Part shown: positions 8,924 to 18,039 of the stretch, piece after piece
Numbering within the stretch: position 1 is the first letter of the stretch
Layout: every line of letters begins with the position of its first letter
Assembly: GCA_046484135.1 (NCBI GenBank)
Contig: JAWOBU010000122.1
Span: 1-43,484, forward strand
Reading direction: 5' to 3'
DNA: 43,484 nucleotides
Origin: a bacterium
GTDB taxonomy: Bacteria > RBG-13-61-14 > DATKZS01
Translations under genes and position numbers: made by a program
The notes under the pieces: model-generated
What the model was told of the DNA's origin: nothing
The model's database searches: none
What the model saw: the letters and a program-made list of their open reading frames with translations, nothing else

Positions 8924-10495
8924 ATGCCGGAAGAAAAGCAAATAACCAGGTCCGCGGGAGTGATCGGATTGTCCACCCTTTTGAGCCGGGTCTTCGGTCT
9001 CGTCCGCGACATGCTCATGAGCTTCGTGTTCGGCACCGGTATCGTGGCGGAAGCCTTCTACGTGGCCTTCATGATACCAAACCTCCTGCGCCGGCTGGTG
9101 GGGGAAGGCTCACTCACCATCGCCTTCATATCCGTATTCACCAAGGTCCGCCAGGAAGAGGGCGAAGAAGAAGCGCGCCGGCTGGCCGCCACTTTCTGGC
9201 TGTTCATGACCGTGGTCCTGGCCGGGCTTACCGCGCTTGGCATGGCTTTCAGCCGCGAGATCACGGCATTGTTTACCAGCGCCGAGTACCAGGCGGTTCC
9301 TTACCAGTTCGACCTGGCCGCGGACATGACCCGGGAGCTGTTCCCCTACCTCTTTCTTATCGGCCTGGTGGCCGTGTCCATGGGCATACTGAACTCCTAC
9401 CGCCACTTCTTCGCGCCCGCGTTCGCGCCGGTGCTGTTGAACGTCTGCTGGATAGCCGCGGTGGTCCTTTTGCACGGCCCGCTCGGCGACTCGGGTCTTT
9501 CCGCCATGATCGGCGTGCTGGCGGGGGGCGTGGTTCAGCTTCTTTTACAGGTTCCGTTTCTGTGGAGGATCACCAAGGGGGTATGGTTGGGCATTAACTT
9601 CCGCCACCCCGCCCTGCGGAGGATCGGAGCGCTCATGGTGCCGTCCGCTTTCGCCATGGGCGTCATCCAGATCAACACCCTGGTGGCGACCTACTTCGTG
9701 ACCCAGTTCCCGGGAGGCAGGAGCCAGCTATACTACTCGACCCGGCTTACCGAGTTCCCCTACGCCATCTTTACCCTGGCGGTGTCCACCGCGGTCCTGC
9801 CCTTTCTGTCCGAGCAGGCGGGCCGGAAGGACTCGGAGGCCCTGGCCGGCACCATGAGCTACGGGCTCCGGCTGGTGGCTTTTATTATCATCCCGGCTTC
9901 GGTCGGGCTTGCCGTAATTTCCACTCCCTTGATCCACTTGATCTACGAGCACGGCAGCTTTACCGCGGTTGACACCTCCCGCACCGCCATGATGCTGGTC
10001 ATGGCCTGTACAGGTTTGTGGGCGGTCGCCGGCGTCCGGATAGTGGCGCAGGTGTTCTACGCGGTGGAGGACATGGTTACGCCGCTGGTGGCCGCATCTG
10101 CCGCGCTGGTGGTAAACGCGGCCTGCTGCTTCGGGTTTTCCATCCTGATCGGCCGCTCCGGAGTGCCGCTCGCCATTGCCGTGGCTGCCATCGCCAACTT
10201 CCTGGTCCTGGCTTTCCGGCTCCGGAGCAAGGTGAGCGGCATCCCCGGTAAACAAGTGGCCTCCACCGTGCTAAAATCAATAATAGCCTCGGTCCCCATG
10301 GCCCTGTTCGTACTGGCCTTGAACCGGCTGTCCATATGGGACCAATCCGGTGTGCTTCATGTCAAGATTCCCGTGCTGGCGGCACAGGTTGCTGGAGGAG
10401 CAGTCATTTACATGGCCGTAGCTTGGATATTGAAAGCGCGCGAGCTCTCTTCCGTGGCCGACATTGTAAAGAGAAGGATGGGAGGGGGAAGATGA
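8924..10495 (+). CDS. murJ: Lipid II flippase MurJ (MviN)
   Basis: TLLSRVFGLVRD, AFMIPNLLRRLVGEG, multiple TM helices. Confidence 0.95.
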   Translation: MPEEKQITRSAGVIGLSTLLSRVFGLVRDMLMSFVFGTGIVAEAFYVAFMIPNLLRRLVGEGSLTIAFISVFTKVRQEEGEEEARRLAATFWLFMTVVLAGLTALGMAFSREITALFTSAEYQAVPYQFDLAADMTRELFPYLFLIGLVAVSMGILNSYRHFFAPAFAPVLLNVCWIAAVVLLHGPLGDSGLSAMIGVLAGGVVQLLLQVPFLWRITKGVWLGINFRHPALRRIGALMVPSAFAMGVIQINTLVATYFVTQFPGGRSQLYYSTRLTEFPYAIFTLAVSTAVLPFLSEQAGRKDSEALAGTMSYGLRLVAFIIIPASVGLAVISTPLIHLIYEHGSFTAVDTSRTAMMLVMACTGLWAVAGVRIVAQVFYAVEDMVTPLVAASAALVVNAACCFGFSILIGRSGVPLAIAVAAIANFLVLAFRLRSKVSGIPGKQVASTVLKSIIASVPMALFVLALNRLSIWDQSGVLHVKIPVLAAQVAGGAVIYMAVAWILKARELSSVADIVKRRMGGGR

Positions 10496-11010
10496 CGGAC
10501 ATCCGTTACACCGTTTTCGAGACCGAGTGGGGTCCTTGCGCGCTGGCCTGGAGCCGCTGGGGCATCTGCGCGCTGGTCCTGCCGGCCGGCAGTAAAAGTC
10601 GTCCCGACAGGAAGATCGAGGAGCTCTGTCCCGGCGCCGCTCCCGGGGATCCTTCCGAGGTGGCGGAGTACACGGACATGCTCCAGGCCTACTTTCGAGG
10701 GGAGCCGGTCGAGCTTCGGGCGAAGCTTGATCTGTCCTGGGCCACGCCCTTCCAGTCGAAGGTCTACCGGACCTTGACCCGGATACCCGCGGGCGAGACC
10801 TGGAGCTACGGCTACGTGGCGGACAAAGCCGGAGTGCCGGGGGCCGCTCGGGCAGTGGGAGCGGCCAACGCCGGAAACCGTGTCCCCCTGTTCATCCCCT
10901 GCCACCGGGTGGTGAAAGCGGACGGCGCCACCGGCGGCTTCTCCGCGCCCGGCGGCACTAAGTTAAAACAGAAGCTCCTTGACCTGGAGCGAAACTCCAT
11001 ATCAACTTGA
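10492..11010 (+). CDS. ogt: Methylated-DNA--protein-cysteine methyltransferase
   Basis: TPFQ..V...L..IP.GET.SYG, ARAVG, IPCHRV active site; ATGA overlap with the murJ stop. Confidence 0.9.
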   Translation: MTDIRYTVFETEWGPCALAWSRWGICALVLPAGSKSRPDRKIEELCPGAAPGDPSEVAEYTDMLQAYFRGEPVELRAKLDLSWATPFQSKVYRTLTRIPAGETWSYGYVADKAGVPGAARAVGAANAGNRVPLFIPCHRVVKADGATGGFSAPGGTKLKQKLLDLERNSIST

Positions 11011-11098
11011 GCTTTTCGCAAGAAGCTCAACTTAGAAATACTGTAACTTAAGGAAAGATTTATTATCATAACAGAGTAGGCAAAGGCAGGTGTTGGTG

Positions 11099-11293
11099 AT
11101 GCCCATATATAAGTTTAAATGCAAAGAGTGCGGCAAGGAGTACGAGGATTTCCGGAGCGTAGTGGAGAAGGAGGAGCGCGGCGCGTGTATCCAATGCGGC
11201 TCGGCAAGCATCGAGCGGCTCGAGAACATGACCGAGGAGTGCGCATGCGGCTGCGGCTGTTCCGGGCCGGGCGCCGAGCATGGACATGGCTGA
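11099..11293 (+). CDS. FmdB-family zinc-ribbon protein with Cys/His-rich tail
   Basis: MPIYKFKCKECG...CIQCGS; tail CACGCGC..HGHG. Confidence 0.85.
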   Translation: MPIYKFKCKECGKEYEDFRSVVEKEERGACIQCGSASIERLENMTEECACGCGCSGPGAEHGHG

Positions 11294-11341
11294 GTAAACC
11301 ATTACTGTTATCTGGTCTCAAATAAAAGACGGAGGCTTAAC

Positions 11342-11542
11342 ATGCCGATTTACGAGTATCGTTGCAAAGCTTGCGGCCATCAGTTCGAGGATTTCCGGAG
11401 CGCTGCCGAGGCGGACGCACAGGAGTCCTGCCCCAGATGCGGCAAGCCCAAGACGGAGAGAATGATGTCCACCTTTGCAACCTCGGGGGGCTCGAAGAGT
11501 GCCGGCGGCGCTTGCGGTCCTTCCTCCGGCGGCTTCACTTGA
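11342..11542 (+). CDS. FmdB-family zinc-ribbon protein; UGA may be selenocysteine (would extend to 11551)
   Basis: MPIYEYRCKACG...CPRCG, GGAGG SD; ends GGFT-UGA followed by a SECIS-like hairpin. Confidence 0.85.
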   Translation: MPIYEYRCKACGHQFEDFRSAAEADAQESCPRCGKPKTERMMSTFATSGGSKSAGGACGPSSGGFT

Positions 11543-11553
11543 AGCCCGTAAAC

Positions 11554-11570
11554 GGAAGCCGTGAGCTTCC
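11554..11570 (+). promoter_or_regulatory. Candidate bacterial SECIS element
   Basis: GGAAGC-CGTGA-GCTTCC hairpin starting 11 nt after UGA 11540-11542, with GU in the loop. Confidence 0.55.
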
Positions 11571-12706
11571 CGGACATCACCGGACGGCAAAACATGAACA
11601 ACGATAAAGTCCATTCCTCGCAGTACGAGCTGGCGCGGACGTTCAGCTCGGTGCGTCTTCTGGGCCCGCCCATGAGCGATAAGCTCATCGAGCTTGTCTG
11701 CCACCTTTTCAGCCCGGATGAGGCCGAGGTTGCGCGGCATCTTCCTTTTTATTACCCGAAACCGCTCGAGAAGATCGCGAAGAAAGCGGGCCGGGAGCCT
11801 GCGTCCATCCGGCCGGTTCTTGATACCATGGCCGAGCGCCGGGTCATTTACGGTGGCGCAAAGGGCTACTCGCTCCTTCCGCTTATACCGGGCATGTTCG
11901 AGTACATGCTGATGGACGGCTCGGACAGCGACTGGCACCGGGAGTACGGCCGGCTGGTGAGCGAGCTGTTCGCCACCGGCTACGCCCGTGACTACGCGAG
12001 GCGGAAGGCCCCGGCCATCCGTAACATCCCGGTAAAGGGCGCTTTGGACGAGAGGAGCCTGGTGGCCCATTCCGGTCTGGTGGACGAGATGCTCGAGGCC
12101 CACACCGAGTTCGCGGTCTTGAACGCGTGCCAGTGCCGGCAGTCGGCGCGGTTTTCCGGCCGGGAGTGCGAGATGTCTGCACCGGAGGACGGCTGTTTGG
12201 TGTTCGGCGGTTTTTCCAGGAACTCGGAGGAGCGCGGCAACGGCAGACTGGTGGACCGGGAAGAGATGCGGGAGATAGTGGCGGAGCGTTACGAGAAGAA
12301 GCTGGTGTTTCTTACCGGCAACGTAGCGCCGGAGTCCCCCAACGCTATTTGCACCTGCTGTTCCTGCTGCTGCCACTACCTGGAGTACTTGAACCATTAC
12401 GGGGGTTTTGTTTCGCTTGCCGAGCCGCGTTACAAGGCGGCAGTGGACGCGGACCTTTGCAACCTGTGCGGGGAGTGTATAGAGGTTTGTCCCACCGGCG
12501 CGCACCGGCTTACCGAGGATGCCCACCAGTTGGACCGGGACAAGTGCATCGGGTGCGGTAACTGCGTAACCGCGTGTTCGACGGGCGCCCTTACCATGCA
12601 GGAGAACCCTTCTTACCAGGCCCCTTCCCGGAGCTTCACCCGGCTTGGGCTCCGGCTTCTTCCGGGGGTCTCCCTTTCCGGGCTGGAAGCCAGGCTTAAA
12701 AGATAG
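11561..12706 (+). CDS. 4Fe-4S dicluster ferredoxin-domain protein (start may be ATG 11594)
   Basis: C.CR, ICTCCSCCC, CNLCGECIEVCP and CIGCGNCVTAC motifs. Confidence 0.85.
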   Translation: MSFPDITGRQNMNNDKVHSSQYELARTFSSVRLLGPPMSDKLIELVCHLFSPDEAEVARHLPFYYPKPLEKIAKKAGREPASIRPVLDTMAERRVIYGGAKGYSLLPLIPGMFEYMLMDGSDSDWHREYGRLVSELFATGYARDYARRKAPAIRNIPVKGALDERSLVAHSGLVDEMLEAHTEFAVLNACQCRQSARFSGRECEMSAPEDGCLVFGGFSRNSEERGNGRLVDREEMREIVAERYEKKLVFLTGNVAPESPNAICTCCSCCCHYLEYLNHYGGFVSLAEPRYKAAVDADLCNLCGECIEVCPTGAHRLTEDAHQLDRDKCIGCGNCVTACSTGALTMQENPSYQAPSRSFTRLGLRLLPGVSLSGLEARLKR

Positions 12707-12709
12707 CGC

Positions 12710-13264
12710 TCACCTTTCGTAGGTCCCGACCAGCTCTCCCTTGGCCACGATGCGGTCATCCATCTCCATGCTTACCAGGAGCTCGTTCTTGCCGGCGTTG
12801 TCGTAGAGCTCGACCGGCTCGTCCAGGGCATAGACCTTAATGTGATAATGATGCACTCCGTGTCCCTTGGGAGGCATGGGCCCGATATAGCCCGGCCGGC
12901 CCTGGCTGTTCCTGCCTTCCACTGCTTCACCGGCGTCGCCTTCGGCAAGGGAGGTCGTCTCCGGCGGGATTTTGTAGACCACCCAGTGGACATAAGGTTT
13001 GTCCGTGGGGGCGTCCGGGTCGTCCATTATAATGGCGTACCCCTCGACCCCCTCGGGCGCCCCGCTCCAGGAGAGCGGCAAAGACGCGTTTTCTCCCTCC
13101 TGGGTGTACTTCTTGGGGATGGGTTCTCCCTGCTTGAAGGCGGAGCTTTTTACGGTAAGCTCTGCGGGTCCGGAGGACTTTTGCCCGGAGTCGTTCGCCC
13201 GTTGGTTGGTGCAGGCGATAACAAAAAGCGGGACCAGGGCGATCATAATAAGTTCCGGTTTCAT
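12710..13264 (-). CDS. YbhB/YbcL (PEBP, Raf kinase inhibitor-like) lipoprotein
   Basis: Signal peptide with IAC lipobox; DDPDAP, VHWVVY, YIGPMPPKGHGVHHY. Confidence 0.9.
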   Translation of the reverse strand: MKPELIMIALVPLFVIACTNQRANDSGQKSSGPAELTVKSSAFKQGEPIPKKYTQEGENASLPLSWSGAPEGVEGYAIIMDDPDAPTDKPYVHWVVYKIPPETTSLAEGDAGEAVEGRNSQGRPGYIGPMPPKGHGVHHYHIKVYALDEPVELYDNAGKNELLVSMEMDDRIVAKGELVGTYER

Positions 13265-13310
13265 GACACTCCTCCTTTCCGGGCGCGTGCCGGGAGGCGT
13301 CTTCGGCGGT

Positions 13311-13745
13311 TCAGTCCACCGGCACTTTATCGAGTTTTGCTTCAGCGTGCATCTTCATATCATAGATATGATAATCAAACAGGGTCACCTCCGCGGTATA
13401 CTCACATTCGAACTTGCCTTCTTTTCTTATCTCGGCTTCTACCTTGCACAGGTCCTTGGGGTGGGTCTGGGTAGGATCGAAACCCAGCTCATGTTTATTC
13501 ACGTATTTTTTCAGGTCGGATTCCATATACATTTCCACGTTGCCGTAAGAATCTTTCTGCCTGTAATCATTGTAATCCGTTAACATGAGCCGCATTTCGT
13601 CCTGGAGACGCCACTTGGCCTGGTAATGGGGCAAAACCGCTCCCAGTCCCAAACCTATCGCAACCAACAGGACCAGGAAAAACATGATCCACAGCTTGAT
13701 GCCTCCCTCTTTTCGATGGAGAATACCCGTGTCTTCCGCACTCAT
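13311..13745 (-). CDS. Hypothetical single-pass membrane protein (pilin/DUF4845-like N-terminus)
   Basis: RKEGG followed by a hydrophobic helix; GAGGAGG SD. Confidence 0.55.
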   Translation of the reverse strand: MSAEDTGILHRKEGGIKLWIMFFLVLLVAIGLGLGAVLPHYQAKWRLQDEMRLMLTDYNDYRQKDSYGNVEMYMESDLKKYVNKHELGFDPTQTHPKDLCKVEAEIRKEGKFECEYTAEVTLFDYHIYDMKMHAEAKLDKVPVD

Positions 13746-13880
13746 GGAACCGTTCCCTCCTCTTTTGGGACACTGTTCTTACCGCCCTTGCAATCTCCAT
13801 CAAGTTAGGTCAGGCCATTCAATTTGTCAAGCGAAGAGAATTCAGACAGGCCGAGCAACCCGGCTCACCAATATGCTTAC

Positions 13881-14681
13881 TTACCGGTCCATGTAGACCA
13901 TGCTGACCGAGCACCTTTGTGCGCCCGGCACCTGGGAGACGATCTCCTCCACTTTCTTCTTGATCGCTTCCTCCTGGTCGTAGAGACCTTCGATCTTTAC
14001 GTTCACGTTTCCCTTTTCCGCGAAAACCTCGGCGTCCGGGTACTTCTCCACCAGCCGGACCTTGGCTTCGGCTGCCAAGAGCATGTCTTCCACTGCCTGG
14101 CGCGAGGCATCGGTGGACTGGAACTGTTCTTTCTGCACGGCTTCACAGATCAGGTCCACGGCATCGTCCGTTCCCAGCTTGTTTATGTGGAGCACCATGT
14201 CGTAGATGGAAGAGTCCTGCGGGTCCATGTTGTAAAGCTGCAGGCTCCACTTTCTTCTCTCCTCGTCGTCCTTTTTCAGAAGGTTCTTTGCTTTGTCAAA
14301 GGGAATGCCTTCCCGCTCGGACTCCAGCCGGGCCCGGTCATCCATATCCGCCAGGATGCGCACCTTGAGAAGGTGAGAGAGACCCTCCAGGAAAAAGTGG
14401 CCCGCCAGACCATGGTAGATCACGTTGTCGTCCTTGACCCGCTCCAGCAGGGCGTAACGGAAGTAGGCTACGTACCTCTTTCGGCTCGAACCCAGCCGCG
14501 ATAGAATGGAAGGTGCGTCGTGGATGGCCCGGACCATCTTGATCTCCGGCACGTTGAACTCCTTCGAGGCCTCCAGGATAAGGTCCCGGCTGATGACCTG
14601 GTAACCTAAACGCCGGCCGGCTTCTTCCGCGACCTCTTTGCCCTTAGAGTAGGAACCGCGGGAAATGGTGATGATGCTCAT
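13881..14681 (-). CDS. Cytidylate kinase-like family protein with C-terminal BON-like domain
   Basis: IITISRGSYSKGKEVAE, LKVRILA, D.ER..W...LY..D..D...YD. Confidence 0.8.
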   Translation of the reverse strand: MSIITISRGSYSKGKEVAEEAGRRLGYQVISRDLILEASKEFNVPEIKMVRAIHDAPSILSRLGSSRKRYVAYFRYALLERVKDDNVIYHGLAGHFFLEGLSHLLKVRILADMDDRARLESEREGIPFDKAKNLLKKDDEERRKWSLQLYNMDPQDSSIYDMVLHINKLGTDDAVDLICEAVQKEQFQSTDASRQAVEDMLLAAEAKVRLVEKYPDAEVFAEKGNVNVKIEGLYDQEEAIKKKVEEIVSQVPGAQRCSVSMVYMDR

Positions 14682-14807
14682 TTGTGCCTCCTTCTTTTAT
14701 TAGAATTCTTTAATAAGTAGGTTTAGCACAAAACAGGGGCTCTGCAAAGTCCGCCCTTGTCAACCGCTCTGTTTTCACCGGCAAAGGGGTGGAGGCGGGG
14801 AATCTTT

Positions 14808-15902
14808 TTAATAGTCTTTTTCTTCCAGCTCTTGGAGGTACTTGCGTGCGGGTTTGCGATGGACGCTTTCCCGGTCGCCCAGGACGCGGAAGAACTTTTC
14901 CAGCCGCCTCTTGGCCTCTTTTTTTCTTCCCAGTTTCAGGGAGCACTCACCAAGTTTGAAGTAGGGCAGGTACAGCTCTGGATCAATCCGTCTCATCCGG
15001 TCGTAGTAGGAGTATGCTTTTTTATAATCCCCTTTTTCCATGAGCGCCCGGCCCGCGAGCTGGTAGAACACGGGAAAGCCGGGCCTCTCCTCGATGAGCC
15101 CGTCCATGTAGGAGAGGGCCTTTTGGTAATCCTTTTCGTTCACATAGATGTAATAAAGCGCGATCCTGCTGACCTCGTTCAGGTAGTCCCGTTTTTCTCC
15201 GGCCAGCTTGACCTCGGCTATGCCCTCATCGCGACGGTCCAGCCACGGAAGCGGCAGGTAGCGGGAGTAAGCGGAACGGTAGTAAAGATACACTCCTATG
15301 CCCATCCGGGCCTCGTAGTTCTTCGGGTTCATCTCTTTCGCGGTCTTCAGGTAGCGCAGCGCGGTAATACCAAGATATGCGCCTTCCAGGTACTCCTGCC
15401 GGCGCAAATGATAGATTCCCTTGATACCGTAGCTCGCGCCCAGCAGGGTGTAGTACCAGTCGGTCTTCTCCGCCTTGTTCTCGTAACCGCGGGCCGCGGC
15501 CTCCGCCTGCACGGCAGCGTCCCGCAGCCTCCGGTCGTAGCGGAAGTCGTCGTTTTCCAGCATCATGACCTGGTAGAGCACCATCTCGCCGGTGGGAGCG
15601 GCCGGGTTGTCCGGGAGGTCGCGGCCCAGCTTAAGGCAGATTTCCCGGGCCTTCTCATACTCCCTTTCCAGGGCGTGGTTATAAGCGCGGATGATATCGC
15701 GGGACACCCTGGGATGAGCCCGGCCGGGAAAGATGACCTGGTCCGAGGCATTGCCGGAGAAGAGAGCCCCCCACATGAGTATGGCAAGGAAGAAAAAGGA
15801 GAGGGAGGAGGTCTTGAAAAGCCGGAAGTGGAAAGAACGCAGGTTTCTTGTTACTTCAGAGATCGAGGCTTTTGTTCTTTCGGATTTTTTTGAGACTGAC
15901 AT
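14808..15902 (-). CDS. Secreted or membrane-anchored tetratricopeptide-repeat protein
   Basis: Hydrophobic N-terminal segment; repeated helical motifs (KGDYKKAYSYY..IDPE..PYFKLGEC). Confidence 0.75.
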   Translation of the reverse strand: MSVSKKSERTKASISEVTRNLRSFHFRLFKTSSLSFFFLAILMWGALFSGNASDQVIFPGRAHPRVSRDIIRAYNHALEREYEKAREICLKLGRDLPDNPAAPTGEMVLYQVMMLENDDFRYDRRLRDAAVQAEAAARGYENKAEKTDWYYTLLGASYGIKGIYHLRRQEYLEGAYLGITALRYLKTAKEMNPKNYEARMGIGVYLYYRSAYSRYLPLPWLDRRDEGIAEVKLAGEKRDYLNEVSRIALYYIYVNEKDYQKALSYMDGLIEERPGFPVFYQLAGRALMEKGDYKKAYSYYDRMRRIDPELYLPYFKLGECSLKLGRKKEAKRRLEKFFRVLGDRESVHRKPARKYLQELEEKDY

Positions 15903-16051
15903 GGAGGTTCCCGGTCTTGTCGGGCTCCTTTTAGTTTCATTATACCTTTTGCTTTCATCCGATCAAGCTAAAATCCGTTCGGTGTTATAAAAGTGAATTT
16001 CCGGGCCTTGGTGGCACGATTAAATAATGCGTGCTAACACTCCGTTTTTAC

Positions 16052-16080
16052 TTGACAAATTCAAAAAAAGCCGTTATAAA
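16052..16080 (+). promoter_or_regulatory. Near-consensus sigma70 promoter
   Basis: TTGACA-N17-TATAAA. Confidence 0.7.
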
Positions 16081-16130
16081 TAAATAACAAGATAAAGATG
16101 CAAACCACATCTGAAAGGAGGCCCGGAAGA

Positions 16131-16187
16131 ATGAAAAAGCTGATGAAGACGAAAAAGGGACTTTGCAAGTGTAAAAGCTCCTGCTGA
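16131..16187 (+). CDS. Candidate 18-aa Lys/Cys-rich peptide MKKLMKTKKGLCKCKSSC
   Basis: GAAAGGAGG SD 9 nt before the ATG, upstream promoter and downstream terminator; below the ORF-track size cutoff. Confidence 0.55.
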   Translation: MKKLMKTKKGLCKCKSSC

Positions 16188-16212
16188 AAGCAGGAAGATG
16201 AAATGGCAAGAT

Positions 16213-16238
16213 AAAAGCGGCTTTGGGGCCGCTTTTTT
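16213..16238. terminator. Bidirectional intrinsic terminator
   Basis: AAAAGCGGC-TTTGGG-GCCGCTTTTTT between convergent ORFs. Confidence 0.7.
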
Positions 16239-16259
16239 CTTTACCCATTTCCCTCTCAT

Positions 16260-16559
16260 TTATTTTATGTATCCTAACGCCCGGAGTCGGCCCCTTTCTT
16301 CTGCACTGAACTCTCTAAGATGCGGTGGCTCTTTTTCCACCGGGTCGTCGGTGTTCTCCAGGAACTCGTTTATTATTCTCAGTCCTTTGCTGTAGACATA
16401 TGACCTTGAGTCAACCAGGTTGTTTTGTTCGGCAGGGTCCGTCTCCAGGTTGTAGATCTCGTCCGGCTTTATAGAGTTTACAATAACCTTGTAATTTCCT
16501 GTGTAGACCGTCCGGGAGTCCTGGAAATACAGGGTTTCGTTATAAAAGTTACCTGCCAT
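16260..16559 (-). pseudogene. C-terminal fragment of a sulfatase-like protein
   Basis: YKVI...EIYNLETDPAEQNNL and ...RLRALGYI are typical sulfatase-like C-termini; catalytic domain absent. Confidence 0.65.
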
Positions 16560-16605
16560 TGCTTCGCCTTGATTGTACCACTCGGCGATAACATTACCCC
16601 TGATT

Positions 16606-17715
16606 CTAAGGTGTCTGGCTCCTAGGCCTTTCCATCAGTACTTCCGATTTCAACCAGCGGGCTATGAACCGGGCCGCAAGCTCAGTTCCTTTGGATGTGA
16701 GATGGCATTGGTCAAAAAACAGTTTTTCTTCTCTATGTTTCCTTAAAAGCGGCAACAGGTCCAGGTATTTAATGTTGTGCTCCCGTGCCAGTTGTGCAAA
16801 CTTTTTTTGAGGGAAGTCATCATAGTAGTCGGATTCCACCTGTATGGAGACAGGAAATACTACTGCTGCCGGGGGTCTTCCGGATGCTTCGCATGTTTCC
16901 ACTAGCCGGGCCAGTTGCCGGTCAATTATCTCCCAGGAATCCTTGTCCCAGGCAGCTCCGAAGTCGTCCCCTGCTGTGCGTATGATCCTTCTATAAACTT
17001 CGCTGTCGGATTCCCATTTCTTCGACAAGAAAGGCTCGACCCAGGCGGTTTCCATACCGCGGGCCTTTAATAGCCGACGCACATTAAATCTCTTCCACAA
17101 GTAATTAAACAGGGAGCTTGCCGCGCGCAGGTCGGAGAGTACTCCCGCCGAAAATTCATCAAGCTCGCCGTATTCTTCCTTCAAGACAATTGATTTGACG
17201 GCGTCGTTCAGGTAAAAACCCACCACCACCATATCCGAGTTCAGTTCTTTTCTTTTTTCTATCAGAAAATCTACCTCTTGTTCGAGGTTCAGTCCCGGAA
17301 CGCCCCCGTTTAAGACCTGCACGTACGGTCCCAGAATTCGAGACAGCCGACGGGGTACGGTTTCTTCGTACTCCAGGCCCGGCCCGAATATCACCGAATC
17401 CCCCAGGAATAATATGCGCAAGGTATGAGGTGGAGGTATGGTTTCAATTTCAGGGCCTCTAATTCCGCTGGAATTAATGTCTAATTTGATTATCCGATTG
17501 TTGATCCGGGCCCTGTACTTCCGGTGGGTGTTGGGAACAAGGCGAAGACCGTTCGGGTCAAACTGGAGCCAGGGATGTCCTTTCACCTCGAGAGAGGCCG
17601 GTTCCAAACCGAAAAAAAACCTGCCCGCCACTTCCGCCAGAAGCAGGGCGAGAAAGAACGAAAGGACACTTGCTGTTATTTTAAAGCAGGTGCGCTTTTT
17701 ACGAACGCCGCGCAT
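16606..17715 (-). CDS. SGNH/GDSL hydrolase-family protein with N-terminal membrane anchor
   Basis: RILFLGDS, LNGGVPG, GFYLND, FDQCHLT (blocks I, II, III, V). Confidence 0.85.
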   Translation of the reverse strand: MRGVRKKRTCFKITASVLSFFLALLLAEVAGRFFFGLEPASLEVKGHPWLQFDPNGLRLVPNTHRKYRARINNRIIKLDINSSGIRGPEIETIPPPHTLRILFLGDSVIFGPGLEYEETVPRRLSRILGPYVQVLNGGVPGLNLEQEVDFLIEKRKELNSDMVVVGFYLNDAVKSIVLKEEYGELDEFSAGVLSDLRAASSLFNYLWKRFNVRRLLKARGMETAWVEPFLSKKWESDSEVYRRIIRTAGDDFGAAWDKDSWEIIDRQLARLVETCEASGRPPAAVVFPVSIQVESDYYDDFPQKKFAQLAREHNIKYLDLLPLLRKHREEKLFFDQCHLTSKGTELAARFIARWLKSEVLMERPRSQTP

Positions 17716-17856
17716 GGAGATATTATATCATCCCGGTCGAACTGATAAGAAATAGAGGGCCTGTGACATGAAAGGGGGGCAAGTAAACCGCCAGTCCCCG
17801 CCCGCTTTCATCTGCGGCCGAGACGGCCGCGTTCCCAGCTCTAAAGCGAGAGCGGT

Positions 17857-18039
17857 CTCGGCAGTAAGCTGGAGGGGCCATTTCAGGGCCATGCCCAGGG
17901 TATCGAACCCGGGACCCCGGTTTGGAGGTTGACACCGGCTACCGCGAGCTTATTTTTTTTCACGGGGGATGGCATTTGTTGAGCTCTTGGTGGGATGGTT
18001 TCTTTTACTTGGTTTCCTTGAAGATGTCGTAGTACTCCT
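17857..18039. repeat. Diverged direct copy of 19621..19801 (thrB 5' end plus 3' end of the MshEN gene)
   Basis: Manual alignment, roughly 85-90% identity with small insertions. Confidence 0.9.

Noticed and set aside
11291..11330. Selenocysteine read-through in the other FmdB paralogues (UGA at 11291 and 35906)
   Set aside because: No SECIS-like hairpin at suitable distance, and their tails already contain several Cys
16140..16180. Hammerhead ribozyme core (CTGATGA...GAAA)
   Set aside because: Only 4 nt (AGAC) separate the two motifs, with no stem II G-C pair and no convincing stems I/III
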